Shown here: positions 49,190 to 57,710 of the stretch, piece after piece
How positions within the stretch are numbered: the first letter of the stretch is position 1
How the letters are laid out: the number at the start of each line of letters is the position of its first letter
NCBI GenBank assembly: GCA_021204585.1
Contig: JAJPZC010000163.1
Location: forward strand, 7,388-71,387
Source: Clostridia bacterium
GTDB taxonomy: Bacteria; Bacillota; Clostridia; Christensenellales; Borkfalkiaceae
Direction of reading: 5' to 3'
DNA length: 64,000 bases
Position numbers and translations under genes: made by a program
Notes under the pieces: model-generated
Database searches by the model: none
Told to the model about the DNA's origin: nothing
The model's input: only the letters and a program-made list of their open reading frames with translations

Positions 49190-50545
49190 ATGAGAGCAAG
49201 AATTCTTATCTTTTCACTGATAATAACCATCATCTCAATCATTCTCTTCTCGCTTGCGTCCACGCAGGTGTATTACAATTCCTCCGTGGAAGAGACGGAG
49301 GACTATCTGCTTGTCTACATGAACCTCTATGACGAAGACCTGTATTCCGCAGACCAGGACGGCGCGGATGCACTTGCGGAGGAGCTCAACGGCGCCAGGG
49401 TTACGTACATAACGGAAGACGGCACCGTGCTTGGGGACTCCAGGCAGAAGAACATTGAAGAGAACCATTCGGACCGCCCCGAGGTCATAGCCGCCCTTGC
49501 AGACGGCGAGGGGTATTCCGTGCGCAACAGCGAAACGCTGGGCGAGAACATGGTCTACTACTGCAAGGCCTATACGGAAGCAGACGGCAGCACTCTTTTG
49601 GTGCGCATAGCCGTCTCAATACCCTCTGAGTGGAACCTGTTCGTAAAGACACTTCCCACAACGGCAACGTACATAGCCATAGACATAGTCCTGTGCATTA
49701 TCCTTGCCTTCGTGGCCACGTACTTCATAGTAAAGCCCGTACAGGACCTTGCCACCAATGCCTCCAAGAAAGGCCTTGTCACCACCAAGTACTCCGAACT
49801 CAAGCCCATAGCGGAAGTGCTCAATGAGCGCAACCGCAACATAGAGCGCCAGATGGCTGAGATAGTGGAGGAAAAGGAGGCAGTCAACACTGCCCGCAAG
49901 ACCAAGGACGAGTTCATCTCCAACATAACGCATGAGATGAACACTCCGCTTACCTCCATCCAGGGCTATGCGGAGCTTCTCAAAGCCGGCGCCCTTACGG
50001 AGGAGCAGAAACAGAACGCATATGACGTCATCTCCACGCAGGCATCAAGGCTCACGTCCCTCATAACCTGCATCATCAACTACAGCGAGATAGACAGCGA
50101 CGAGATCCAGCCCGAGGAGGTCAACTTCTCAGAGATCGCCCGCGAGATGGTTGAAGTGCTCCGCCCTGAGGCAGAGTCCCGGGGCGTCACCTTAGAGGAC
50201 CACATAGAGGACAACGTCATCGTTCAGAGCCGCCACGAACTCGTATGCGAGGTCTTCGGCAATCTCGTGCGCAACGCCATCCGCTACAACAAGCCCGAGG
50301 GCCGCGTCACCGTCACCCTCAACTTCGACGGCCTCAAAGTGGAGGACACGGGCGTCGGCATCGCCCCCGAGAACAAGGACCGCATCTTCGACCGCTTCTT
50401 CACCGTGGACAAGTCCCACGGCGGCAAGAACGGAGGCTTCGGCTTAGGCCTTGCGGCCGTCCGCAAGATATGCCTCAAGTACGGCTGGAAGATCTCCGTC
50501 GAGAGCGAACAGGGCAAGGGCTCAACCTTCACCGCGGAGTTCTGA
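49190..50545 (+). CDS. Sensor histidine kinase (PhoR-like by context)
   Basis: 451 aa; two TM helices, H-box HEMNTPLTSI, N and G boxes (NAIRYN, DTGVGI, GGFGLGL). Confidence 0.9.
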   Translation: MRARILIFSLIITIISIILFSLASTQVYYNSSVEETEDYLLVYMNLYDEDLYSADQDGADALAEELNGARVTYITEDGTVLGDSRQKNIEENHSDRPEVIAALADGEGYSVRNSETLGENMVYYCKAYTEADGSTLLVRIAVSIPSEWNLFVKTLPTTATYIAIDIVLCIILAFVATYFIVKPVQDLATNASKKGLVTTKYSELKPIAEVLNERNRNIERQMAEIVEEKEAVNTARKTKDEFISNITHEMNTPLTSIQGYAELLKAGALTEEQKQNAYDVISTQASRLTSLITCIINYSEIDSDEIQPEEVNFSEIAREMVEVLRPEAESRGVTLEDHIEDNVIVQSRHELVCEVFGNLVRNAIRYNKPEGRVTVTLNFDGLKVEDTGVGIAPENKDRIFDRFFTVDKSHGGKNGGFGLGLAAVRKICLKYGWKISVESEQGKGSTFTAEF

Positions 50546-50596
50546 CGCCACTGCAGGGCGCCCGTCTCCAGGCCCGCTGAACAAGCTCACCCCCAT

Positions 50597-50625
50597 GGCA
50601 CGGAACGCTCATCCGTGCCGTTTTT
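50597..50625 (+). terminator. Rho-independent terminator
   Basis: GGCACGGA / TCCGTGCC stem with 7-nt loop, followed by GTTTTT. Confidence 0.75.
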
Positions 50626-50859
50626 CATGTCCGCAAAGCCTCCCGGAGGCCTTTCAACGGCCCCAGATACGCCCCGGAGGGCTTATTCTGCAAGACATTT
50701 TGAAATCAAAATAATTTTTTTTGACAACTCCCACCCGTCTGCCCCAATGAAAACTTCACATTCAAAAAGTGTTAATTTGTTAAATAGTTGGGCAAAATGC
50801 ATAGAAAATTTACACCTTAGGACCCCCTTTGAAAGCCCCGCAGGCCAAAACAGGGGGTA

Positions 50860-50888
50860 TTGACACCCTTTTGAGGGTATGCTATTAT
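50860..50888 (+). promoter_or_regulatory. Candidate SigA-type promoter with no adjacent ORF
   Basis: TTGACA, 17-nt spacer (contains ACCCT TTTG AGGGT), TATTAT; the next plausible start codon is about 300 nt downstream. Confidence 0.5.
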
Positions 50889-51185
50889 TAGCCTAATCTC
50901 CGGAGCGACAGGAAAGGTAACGTGCCAAGCAGCAGTGTCCGGCCTGCATTCTCCTAAGAAAAAGATTATGGTTCCGGAGTATCCTCTAGACTTTACGCTC
51001 ATATAACGTATCTTCTATAGCGAGGTTCCCTCTCTGTTTCGGCAGGGAGGGAATTCTCATATACGGAACACGCCAAAATGTGCCCTATCAAGACGCCAAA
51101 ACGTATACGGAGCCTCTTAAACTTTGCCCGGGAGTATTGAATTCTGCCCTGCAAAAGCATATTATGGAAGGCACGGGAGGTCGCC

Positions 51186-52232
51186 ATGGTACCAGCAGAC
51201 ACAGACAACTTAATGCCAGAAGACCTGGAGCCGGACATGGTGCCGTACGAGGACAGAGCCTGCCTCACGGCCGGCATGGATGACCTGCATTTGCAGCTCA
51301 TAAGAGAGTATCTGCAATCCGCAGACCCCGGTCTGTACAGCCAGCTGAAGGGGGAGGACCTTATCACAACAGCCAGTGCCCTGCACCTCATATGCGGCTT
51401 TGGGGACAGTCTCAGACCCAGCAATGCTGCCGTTCTTATGTTCAGCTGGCCCCCTGAAAAATACCTCCCTCACGCCCGGATAGACGTAGCCCTTCTGCCC
51501 CGGCACGCCGGGATAAGCGTGCAACAGTCCTCATATACAGGGCCCCTGCCAACGCAGTTCATGTTCGCCCTGGAAAGCACAAAGTCCTTTGCCCTTGTGG
51601 AGATGGTCATAAAGCATCCGGATATTCCGGAAGCAGACAGAGTGCTCCAATATCCCGGGTACTCCATAGACGAATTGCTTGCAAACGCAGTATATTACCA
51701 CTCGTATCAGTCACGGGAGCCCATAAAGGTTAAGATTACGCCCACAGAGATAACGGTCACCTGTTATCCTGCGTATAAGGCCTGTGCCACGAGGCAAGAC
51801 ATCATGAGCGGAAACATGCAGGGCAGAATATGCCCCAACGAAAGGATAGCAGACTTCCTCAGCAAGCTCCGTCTGCTGGATTATAATGATCTCGGTTACC
51901 AGTCTCTGAAAGACGACCTGAAGAAGAACGGAAACGGGCCTCCGGTGTTTGAGACAGATCCGGACATGCGCGCCCTGTCCGTCACCATCCCGGCCCATCC
52001 GTGCTTTCTGCCTGAGGACAGCGCCAAGGACAGACCATTCAAAGACAGGATTCTTTTTGCCATAAAGGGGGAGGCCATGTCCAGCACAGAGTTAGCCGCA
52101 GCGATGGAATACAAGGGCATAACCAGCAAGCTTTCAGCGGCAGTGAAAGAGATGCTCCGGGAGGGGACTCTGTACAGAGTTCCGGCCGGGGTCTATACGA
52201 AGCTGAAGGCCACGCATCCGGTCCGCTGGTAA
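51186..52232 (+). CDS. RecG-like/AlbA_2-family regulator lacking the N-terminal AlbA_2 domain (possibly truncated or decaying)
   Basis: 348 aa; central and C-terminal parts parallel the 18522 protein (NAVYYHSY, wHTH-like C-terminus). The same frame upstream is open back to 51021 except for a TGA at 51138. Confidence 0.55.
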   Translation: MVPADTDNLMPEDLEPDMVPYEDRACLTAGMDDLHLQLIREYLQSADPGLYSQLKGEDLITTASALHLICGFGDSLRPSNAAVLMFSWPPEKYLPHARIDVALLPRHAGISVQQSSYTGPLPTQFMFALESTKSFALVEMVIKHPDIPEADRVLQYPGYSIDELLANAVYYHSYQSREPIKVKITPTEITVTCYPAYKACATRQDIMSGNMQGRICPNERIADFLSKLRLLDYNDLGYQSLKDDLKKNGNGPPVFETDPDMRALSVTIPAHPCFLPEDSAKDRPFKDRILFAIKGEAMSSTELAAAMEYKGITSKLSAAVKEMLREGTLYRVPAGVYTKLKATHPVRW

Positions 52233-52260
52233 GCACATAGCACATAGCATACAGGCATGC

Positions 52261-52293
52261 AGAGCTCTTTCCGTACGGGAGAGGGCTCTTTTT
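52261..52293 (+). terminator. Rho-independent terminator
   Basis: AGAGCTCTTTCC / GGGAGAGGGCTCT 12-bp stem (two G-U pairs), followed by TTTT. Confidence 0.7.
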
Positions 52294-52297
52294 GGAT

Positions 52298-52413
52298 GCT
52301 CTTCGACGTTTTGACGGGCCGTGTCGACGCCTTTTCGTCGACAACGTCGACAGAATTTTGTCGATGACGTCGACAAAATCTTGTCGAAGCGAAGGGTGTT
52401 TTTGTCGAAGAGC
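52298..52413. repeat. ~115-bp nested imperfect palindrome built from eight TCGA cores
   Basis: TCGA starts at 52303, 52324, 52338, 52347, 52361, 52370, 52384 and 52405, giving spacings 21-14-9-14-9-14-21. Outer arms GCTCTTCGAC/GTCGAAGAGC; inner arms TTTTGTCGA/TCGACAAAA; four GTCGAC sites. Confidence 0.9.
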
Positions 52414-52479
52414 CCGTCCAAGGGCCGCAATTTTTCCAACATTCTGTCGTGAAATGGAGCGTGGTGGGGGTCAAAACAG

Positions 52480-52508
52480 TTGACACCCCCTCTTGAGGTG
52501 CATATACT
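52480..52508 (+). promoter_or_regulatory. SigA-type promoter of the marR-ABC operon
   Basis: TTGACA, 17-nt spacer, TATACT. Confidence 0.6.
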
Positions 52509-52513
52509 ATATA

Positions 52514-52531
52514 TAGTTGCGTGCGCAACTA
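52514..52531. promoter_or_regulatory. Candidate MarR operator
   Basis: TAGTTGCG-TG-CGCAACTA, perfect 8-bp arms, located just downstream of the -10 box. Confidence 0.5.
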
Positions 52532-52549
52532 ATTGGACGGAGGCGGCAT

Positions 52550-52984
52550 ATGGCTACATTTCTCAAGAACATCAACATGATATCTAACTCGGCGGCAAGG
52601 TTTCTGGAGCAGGAGCTCCCGCCTCATGTGAAGGGATGGCAGTCCAAGTACGTCTTGTGCGTGTGCAGCAATCCGGGGATTACGCAGGACGGGATAGCGA
52701 AGGAGATCTTCGTGAACAAGTCCAACGTATCCCGTCAGGTGGCGGCACTGGAAGAGGCCGGTCTTTTCAGAAGGGAGGCGGATTCGGAGGACAGCAGAGT
52801 GTCGCATATCTATCCCACAGAGAAGGCAATGGAGCTCCGGGAGGAGATCAGAACTGCCAATGCGAGGTGGAGGGAGATTATAACGGAAGGGCTTAGCCCG
52901 GACGAGAAGGAGGAGCTGTACAGGCTCACGTCCATTCTGTATGAGAATGCGGAGAAGTACATGAACGGAGGCAGCAAGAGTTGA
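52550..52984 (+). CDS. MarR-family transcriptional regulator
   Basis: 144 aa from MATFLKN; wHTH segment GITQDGIAKEIFVNKSNVSRQVAALEEAGL. Confidence 0.88.
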   Translation: MATFLKNINMISNSAARFLEQELPPHVKGWQSKYVLCVCSNPGITQDGIAKEIFVNKSNVSRQVAALEEAGLFRREADSEDSRVSHIYPTEKAMELREEIRTANARWREIITEGLSPDEKEELYRLTSILYENAEKYMNGGSKS

Positions 52985-52992
52985 GAACGGTA

Positions 52993-54672
52993 ATGAAGTA
53001 CCTGTACCCGTACAGGTGGCTGTCGATAGCGGCCATCATAGTGAAGTTCCTGGGGACGGTGGCGGAGCTGGTTCTGCCGCTTCTCCTGGAGTACGTCATA
53101 GATACGGGTGTCTCAATGGGCCTTTCGTACATCATAGTGCCGGGCGTTGCCATGCTGCTCTTTGCAGCCCTTGCGCTTGTGGGGAACGTATGGGCCAACA
53201 GGCTCTCCGTGAACGCCTCAGGAAAGCTCACGCATGATCTTCGTAAGGACCTGTTTACAAAGATAAGCTATCTGAAGTGCGGGCAGGTGGATGTAGTGTC
53301 CACGCCGTCCCTCATATCGAGGCTTACAAGCGACACGTATTACGTGAACGAGATGGTGGCAAGGGTCATGAGAATGGGCATACGCGCGCCCATACTGGTC
53401 CTGGGCGGGCTCATATTGAGCTTCGTACTGGATCCGCTGCTTGCCTGCGTGCTGCTTATATGTATTCCAATCGTTGGCATAGGCCTGTGGTTCATAACCC
53501 GCAGGAGCGTGCCCATGTATGCCGCCGTGCAGAAGAGCGGGGACAGGATGGTCCGTTCCGCACAGGAGAATGCGGCCGGCATAAGGGTCATTAAGGCTCT
53601 CTCCAGGACGGAGTACGAGTCCGGCAAGTTTGAAGGCGTCGCAGAAGACCTGTCAAACAAGGAATACAAGGCCAACAAGCTCATGGCCATGCCCAACCCG
53701 CTGTCTGCGGTTGTGCTCAACCTAGGGATTGTGGCCATTATCGTGATAGGTGCCGTATGCGGAAAGGACGGCGGAGTCATACTTGCGCTCCTTTCATACT
53801 TCACCATAATCCAGAGCGCCATGATGGGCATCTCCAAGATATTCGTAACCCTTTCCAAAGGCATAGCATCCTCGAACAGAATAGAGCAGGTGCTGGAGAC
53901 AGACTCCACTGAAAGCACCATAGAGTGCCCTGGAGGGGATGAAGGGTACGTGGTGCAGTTCAAGGACGTATCATTCTCATACAACGGCAATGAGAACAAC
54001 ATAGAGGGCATAAGCTTCGCCTTGAAGAAGGGCGAGACGCTGGGCATCATAGGCGCCACGGGCTCAGGGAAAAGCACCATCATAAACCTCATGATGCGCT
54101 TCTATGACGCCTCAGAGGGCGCCGTGTACGTAGACGGAGACGACGTGCGCTCCGTGCCGGAGGCGGCCTTGCGGGCCAAGTTCGGCGCTGCGTTCCAGAA
54201 CGACTTCCTCATGTCCTACTCTTTGAGGGACAATGTGGCATACGGCCGCGACATACCGGATGACCGCATAAAAGAGGCTCTGAGGGACGCACAGGCGGAG
54301 GAATTCGTAAAGACATTGGACGGGGGCCTGGACTTTACGCTCACCCAAAAGGGCACCAACCTTTCCGGCGGGCAGAAGCAGAGGATTCTCATTGCCCGCG
54401 CCCTGGCCGGAAACCCTGAGATCCTTATCCTGGATGACAGCTCATCCGCTCTGGATTACGCCACGGACGCAGCCCTCAGAAAGGCCCTTGCGGAGCATTA
54501 TGCAGACACCACAAAGGTTATAGTGGCCCAGAGAATAAGCTCCGTGAAGTCTGCAGACACCATACTCGTTATGGACGACGGCCATCCCATAGGCATTGGC
54601 TGCCACGAAGAGCTCATGAAGTCATGTGAGGAGTACCGCATGATATACGCAGCACAGATGGGAGGTGAGTGA
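52993..54672 (+). CDS. ABC exporter, fused permease/ATPase (heterodimer half 1)
   Basis: 6-TM domain then GATGSGKST, LSGGQKQR, ILILDDSSSALD. Alternative TTG start at 52981 overlaps the marR stop. Confidence 0.92.
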   Translation: MKYLYPYRWLSIAAIIVKFLGTVAELVLPLLLEYVIDTGVSMGLSYIIVPGVAMLLFAALALVGNVWANRLSVNASGKLTHDLRKDLFTKISYLKCGQVDVVSTPSLISRLTSDTYYVNEMVARVMRMGIRAPILVLGGLILSFVLDPLLACVLLICIPIVGIGLWFITRRSVPMYAAVQKSGDRMVRSAQENAAGIRVIKALSRTEYESGKFEGVAEDLSNKEYKANKLMAMPNPLSAVVLNLGIVAIIVIGAVCGKDGGVILALLSYFTIIQSAMMGISKIFVTLSKGIASSNRIEQVLETDSTESTIECPGGDEGYVVQFKDVSFSYNGNENNIEGISFALKKGETLGIIGATGSGKSTIINLMMRFYDASEGAVYVDGDDVRSVPEAALRAKFGAAFQNDFLMSYSLRDNVAYGRDIPDDRIKEALRDAQAEEFVKTLDGGLDFTLTQKGTNLSGGQKQRILIARALAGNPEILILDDSSSALDYATDAALRKALAEHYADTTKVIVAQRISSVKSADTILVMDDGHPIGIGCHEELMKSCEEYRMIYAAQMGGE

Positions 54673-54673
54673 G

Positions 54674-56506
54674 ATGCCGGATTTAAGAATGAACCTCTCG
54701 GATACCCGCAGGCTGGACAAAAAGAAGGTGGACAGGAAGTACGTCTTCGGAAAGCTCATGCGCTACATGAAGCCGTACCTGTGGTTCGTTATCCTCGTAT
54801 TCCTGCTCAACGTGGCAAGCTCTGTCTTGAACCTCATAGGTCCGGAGCTCTGCGGCATAGCCATAGACTGCATAGACCCCGTGAACGGCACTGACTTCGA
54901 TGCCATAACGTATTACTGCGTAATTCTGGCTGTATTGTACGTTATTTCCGGCATAACCCTGTACCTTTCCTCCGTGGGAATGGCATACATAACGAAGCGC
55001 ATGACCCGCCAGATGCGCGCGGACACCTTCCGCCGGCTCCTGTCTCTCCCGGTCTCATACTTTGACTCCCGCCAGACGGGAGACATAATCTCCGTCTTAA
55101 GCTACGACATAGACTCCATAGGCACGTCCCTTGCTAACGACGTCATAATGGTCCTCCGGTCCATAGTGGAAATAGCAGGCTCCCTTGCCATGATGCTCTA
55201 CATCGCCATCCCCATGATAATAGCCTCTCCGGCCGTCTCTTCGCCGCTCCTTATCATCTTCGTGATAACGATACCCCTTACCGTCTTCACCACCCAGTTC
55301 ATAGTCCGCAAGGTGCAGCCCATGTTCCGCAAGCGCTCTGCTAAACTCGGTGAGCTCAACGGATTCGTGGAGGAGATGGTGTCCGGGCAGAAGACCACAA
55401 AGGCCTATAACTGCGAGGAAAAGCTCATATCAGACTTCGAGAAGAAGAACGTGGACGCCGTGGACTCATACGCCAGGGCAGAATATTACGGCACCATGAC
55501 GGGCCCCTTCAACACCTTCATATCCAACATCTCGCTCACCCTCGTGAGCGTCATAGGCGGCCTCATCCTGTTCCTGTCGCCTGCGGCGGCCACCATTGGC
55601 CAAATATCATCCTTCATGCTCTACTCGCGCAAGTTCTCCGGCCCCGTTAACGAGGTGTCCAACGTCATGGGCGAGTTCCAGTCCGCATTCGCAGCGGCAG
55701 AGCGCGTCTTCCGCGTGCTGGATGAGATCCCCGAAAAGGACATCGCAGACGGCACGGAGGAGCTCACGGACGTGCAGGGAGACGTGGAGATATCCCACGT
55801 GCGCTTCGGCTACGTGCCGGAAAAAGTCATCCTCAAGGACTTCAGCCTGGACGTTAAGAAGGGCCAGACAATAGCCATAGTGGGCCACACGGGCGCCGGC
55901 AAGACAACCGTCATCAACCTGCTCATGCGCTTCTATGACCCCCAGGAGGGCACCATAAGCATAGATGGCAGGGACATCAGCACCGTAACCCGTGACTCCC
56001 TGCGCCGGGCCTTCACCATGGTCCTGCAGGACACCTGGCTCTTCGCCGGCACGGTGTATGAGAACATAGCGTACGGCAACGAGAACGTAACCCGTGAGGA
56101 CGTGGAGCGCGTCTGCAAGGCCGCCAAGATCCATACCTTTATAACCCGCCTGCCGCAAGGCTATGACACCGTACTCACAGACAACGCCGTGAACATCTCC
56201 AAGGGCCAGAAGCAGCTTCTAACCATTGCCCGCGCCATGCTCCTGGATTCGCCCATGCTCATTCTGGACGAGGCCACATCCAACGTGGACACCCGCACGG
56301 AGCAGACCATCCAGCAGGCAATGCGCCTTCTCATGCAGGGCCGCACCTGCTTCGTAATAGCCCACCGCCTTTCCACAATCAAGAACGCAGACAAGATCCT
56401 TGTAATGCAGGACGGAGACGTGGTGGAGCAGGGCACCCATGAGTCTCTCATGGCCGCCGGCGGCGTGTACAAGGACCTCTACACATCGCAGTTCGAGAGC
56501 TATTAG
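54674..56506 (+). CDS. ABC exporter, fused permease/ATPase (heterodimer half 2)
   Basis: GHTGAGKTT, ISKGQKQL, LILDEATSNVD; ATG 2 nt after the upstream stop, with GGAGGTGAG RBS. Confidence 0.92.
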   Translation: MPDLRMNLSDTRRLDKKKVDRKYVFGKLMRYMKPYLWFVILVFLLNVASSVLNLIGPELCGIAIDCIDPVNGTDFDAITYYCVILAVLYVISGITLYLSSVGMAYITKRMTRQMRADTFRRLLSLPVSYFDSRQTGDIISVLSYDIDSIGTSLANDVIMVLRSIVEIAGSLAMMLYIAIPMIIASPAVSSPLLIIFVITIPLTVFTTQFIVRKVQPMFRKRSAKLGELNGFVEEMVSGQKTTKAYNCEEKLISDFEKKNVDAVDSYARAEYYGTMTGPFNTFISNISLTLVSVIGGLILFLSPAAATIGQISSFMLYSRKFSGPVNEVSNVMGEFQSAFAAAERVFRVLDEIPEKDIADGTEELTDVQGDVEISHVRFGYVPEKVILKDFSLDVKKGQTIAIVGHTGAGKTTVINLLMRFYDPQEGTISIDGRDISTVTRDSLRRAFTMVLQDTWLFAGTVYENIAYGNENVTREDVERVCKAAKIHTFITRLPQGYDTVLTDNAVNISKGQKQLLTIARAMLLDSPMLILDEATSNVDTRTEQTIQQAMRLLMQGRTCFVIAHRLSTIKNADKILVMQDGDVVEQGTHESLMAAGGVYKDLYTSQFESY

Positions 56507-56610
56507 CCGCTCTGCAGGCAGCCTCTGTCTGCCGCCGCAAAAGGGCTACAAAGATGTCTCTGCAAAGCCCTCCGGAGGGCCTTTAAACCGTTATAAGTCC
56601 CATGAAACAC

Positions 56611-56644
56611 AAAAAAAGCCGGGTGCCTTATGCAGCATCCGGCT
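56611..56644 (-). terminator. Rho-independent terminator of hxlR
   Basis: AGCCGG / CCGGCT stem with inner pairing; T7 run on the minus strand. Confidence 0.6.
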
Positions 56645-56680
56645 TCGTTCATTTGCGGCATGTTAATTACGCAGAGGGAG

Positions 56681-57055
56681 TCACCCCTCTGTTTCGGAAA
56701 GGGCGTCTTCTGCAGGCTCCGGGGCTCCGGACAGGAAGTCATTGCTCCAGACGGCAAGCTCCGCAAGGATGGGGATGAGGGACTGGACGGAGTCTGTTAT
56801 CTCGTACTCCACACGGACAGGCACTTCCATGTACTCATGCCTTGCCACAAGGCCGTCTTGCTCAAGCTCCTTGAGGCACTTTGCCAGCATGGTGTTGGAG
56901 ATGCCGTTCATCTTGCGCTTCAAATCATTGTACCTTGTAGGGCCGTCATTGGTGAGGGAGCATATGATGGACATCTTCCATTTGCCGCCAATGGCAGTCA
57001 TAGCCTTCTGCAGCGGGCAGCCCGCAGTGCAGGGGCACACGTGTTCATTTGCCAT
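56681..57055 (-). CDS. HxlR-family transcriptional regulator
   Basis: 124 aa; CPLQKAMTAIGGKWKMSII, RYNDLKRKMNGISNTMLAKCLKELEQDGLV. Confidence 0.88.
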   Translation of the reverse strand: MANEHVCPCTAGCPLQKAMTAIGGKWKMSIICSLTNDGPTRYNDLKRKMNGISNTMLAKCLKELEQDGLVARHEYMEVPVRVEYEITDSVQSLIPILAELAVWSNDFLSGAPEPAEDALSETEG

Positions 57056-57108
57056 ATCCGTCCTCCAGCGGTAAGCTTTTTCTTACCTGATACGCAAATT
57101 CTAAGTAG

Positions 57109-57137
57109 TTGACGCCTCGCCGGCCTTTCTGTATAAT
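57109..57137 (+). promoter_or_regulatory. SigA-type promoter of the flavodoxin / radical-SAM pair
   Basis: TTGACG, 17-nt spacer, TATAAT; the divergent region also carries GGTAAG-N6-CTTACC (57070-57087). Confidence 0.55.
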
Positions 57138-57230
57138 CAGTATAGCAGATAGCAAAAAAAGAGTAAAGACTTTTTTAAGAGTGTAAGCCCCGTATGCCGC
57201 ATAAAGCGGCTTTGCGGGCGGGAGACAGGA

Positions 57231-57710
57231 ATGGCAGACAAGAATATCGCCGTGCGGTATTTCAGCAAGGGCGGCCACACAAAGGCAGTGGCAGAGGCCA
57301 TAGCGGGAGCTTTGGGCCTTGAGGCCAGGGATATTGCAGCACCCATTGAGGAACCTGTGGACATACTGTTCCTGGGCGCTTCAGTGTACTGGGGCGGCGT
57401 GAACGGAGCCGTGAAGGACTACATCAATGCCCTTGGCAAGGAAAAGATCGGCAAGGCCGTCATATTCTCCACGTCCGGCATGGCAGAGAGGGCATATCCC
57501 CAGATGAGCAAGCTCCTTTCCGGTGCCGGCATAGCCGTGGAGACAGAGAACTTCTACTGCCGCGGGCAGTTTATGGGCATGAACAAGGGCCGTCCCAATG
57601 AGGATGACCTCAAGGCGGCCGCAGAGTTTGCCTTGAAGATGGCATCAGATGATCCTGAAGCTGTTGCCGCACCGGAGGCCGGAACGGAGGAGGAAAAGGC
57701 AGATGAGTGA
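57231..57710 (+). CDS. Flavodoxin-like protein
   Basis: 159 aa; short-chain flavodoxin pattern IAVRYFSKGGHTKAVAE ... ILFLGASVYWGG; acidic tail. Confidence 0.8.
   Translation: MADKNIAVRYFSKGGHTKAVAEAIAGALGLEARDIAAPIEEPVDILFLGASVYWGGVNGAVKDYINALGKEKIGKAVIFSTSGMAERAYPQMSKLLSGAGIAVETENFYCRGQFMGMNKGRPNEDDLKAAAEFALKMASDDPEAVAAPEAGTEEEKADE

Noticed and set aside
50895-50960. AAGCAGCAGUGUCCGG segment vaguely like SRP RNA domain IV. I also checked this region mentally against 6S, tmRNA and common riboswitch cores.
   Set aside because: No GGAA tetraloop or symmetric-loop context, and no other conserved core was recognisable. It remains unexplained sequence under the orphan-promoter finding.
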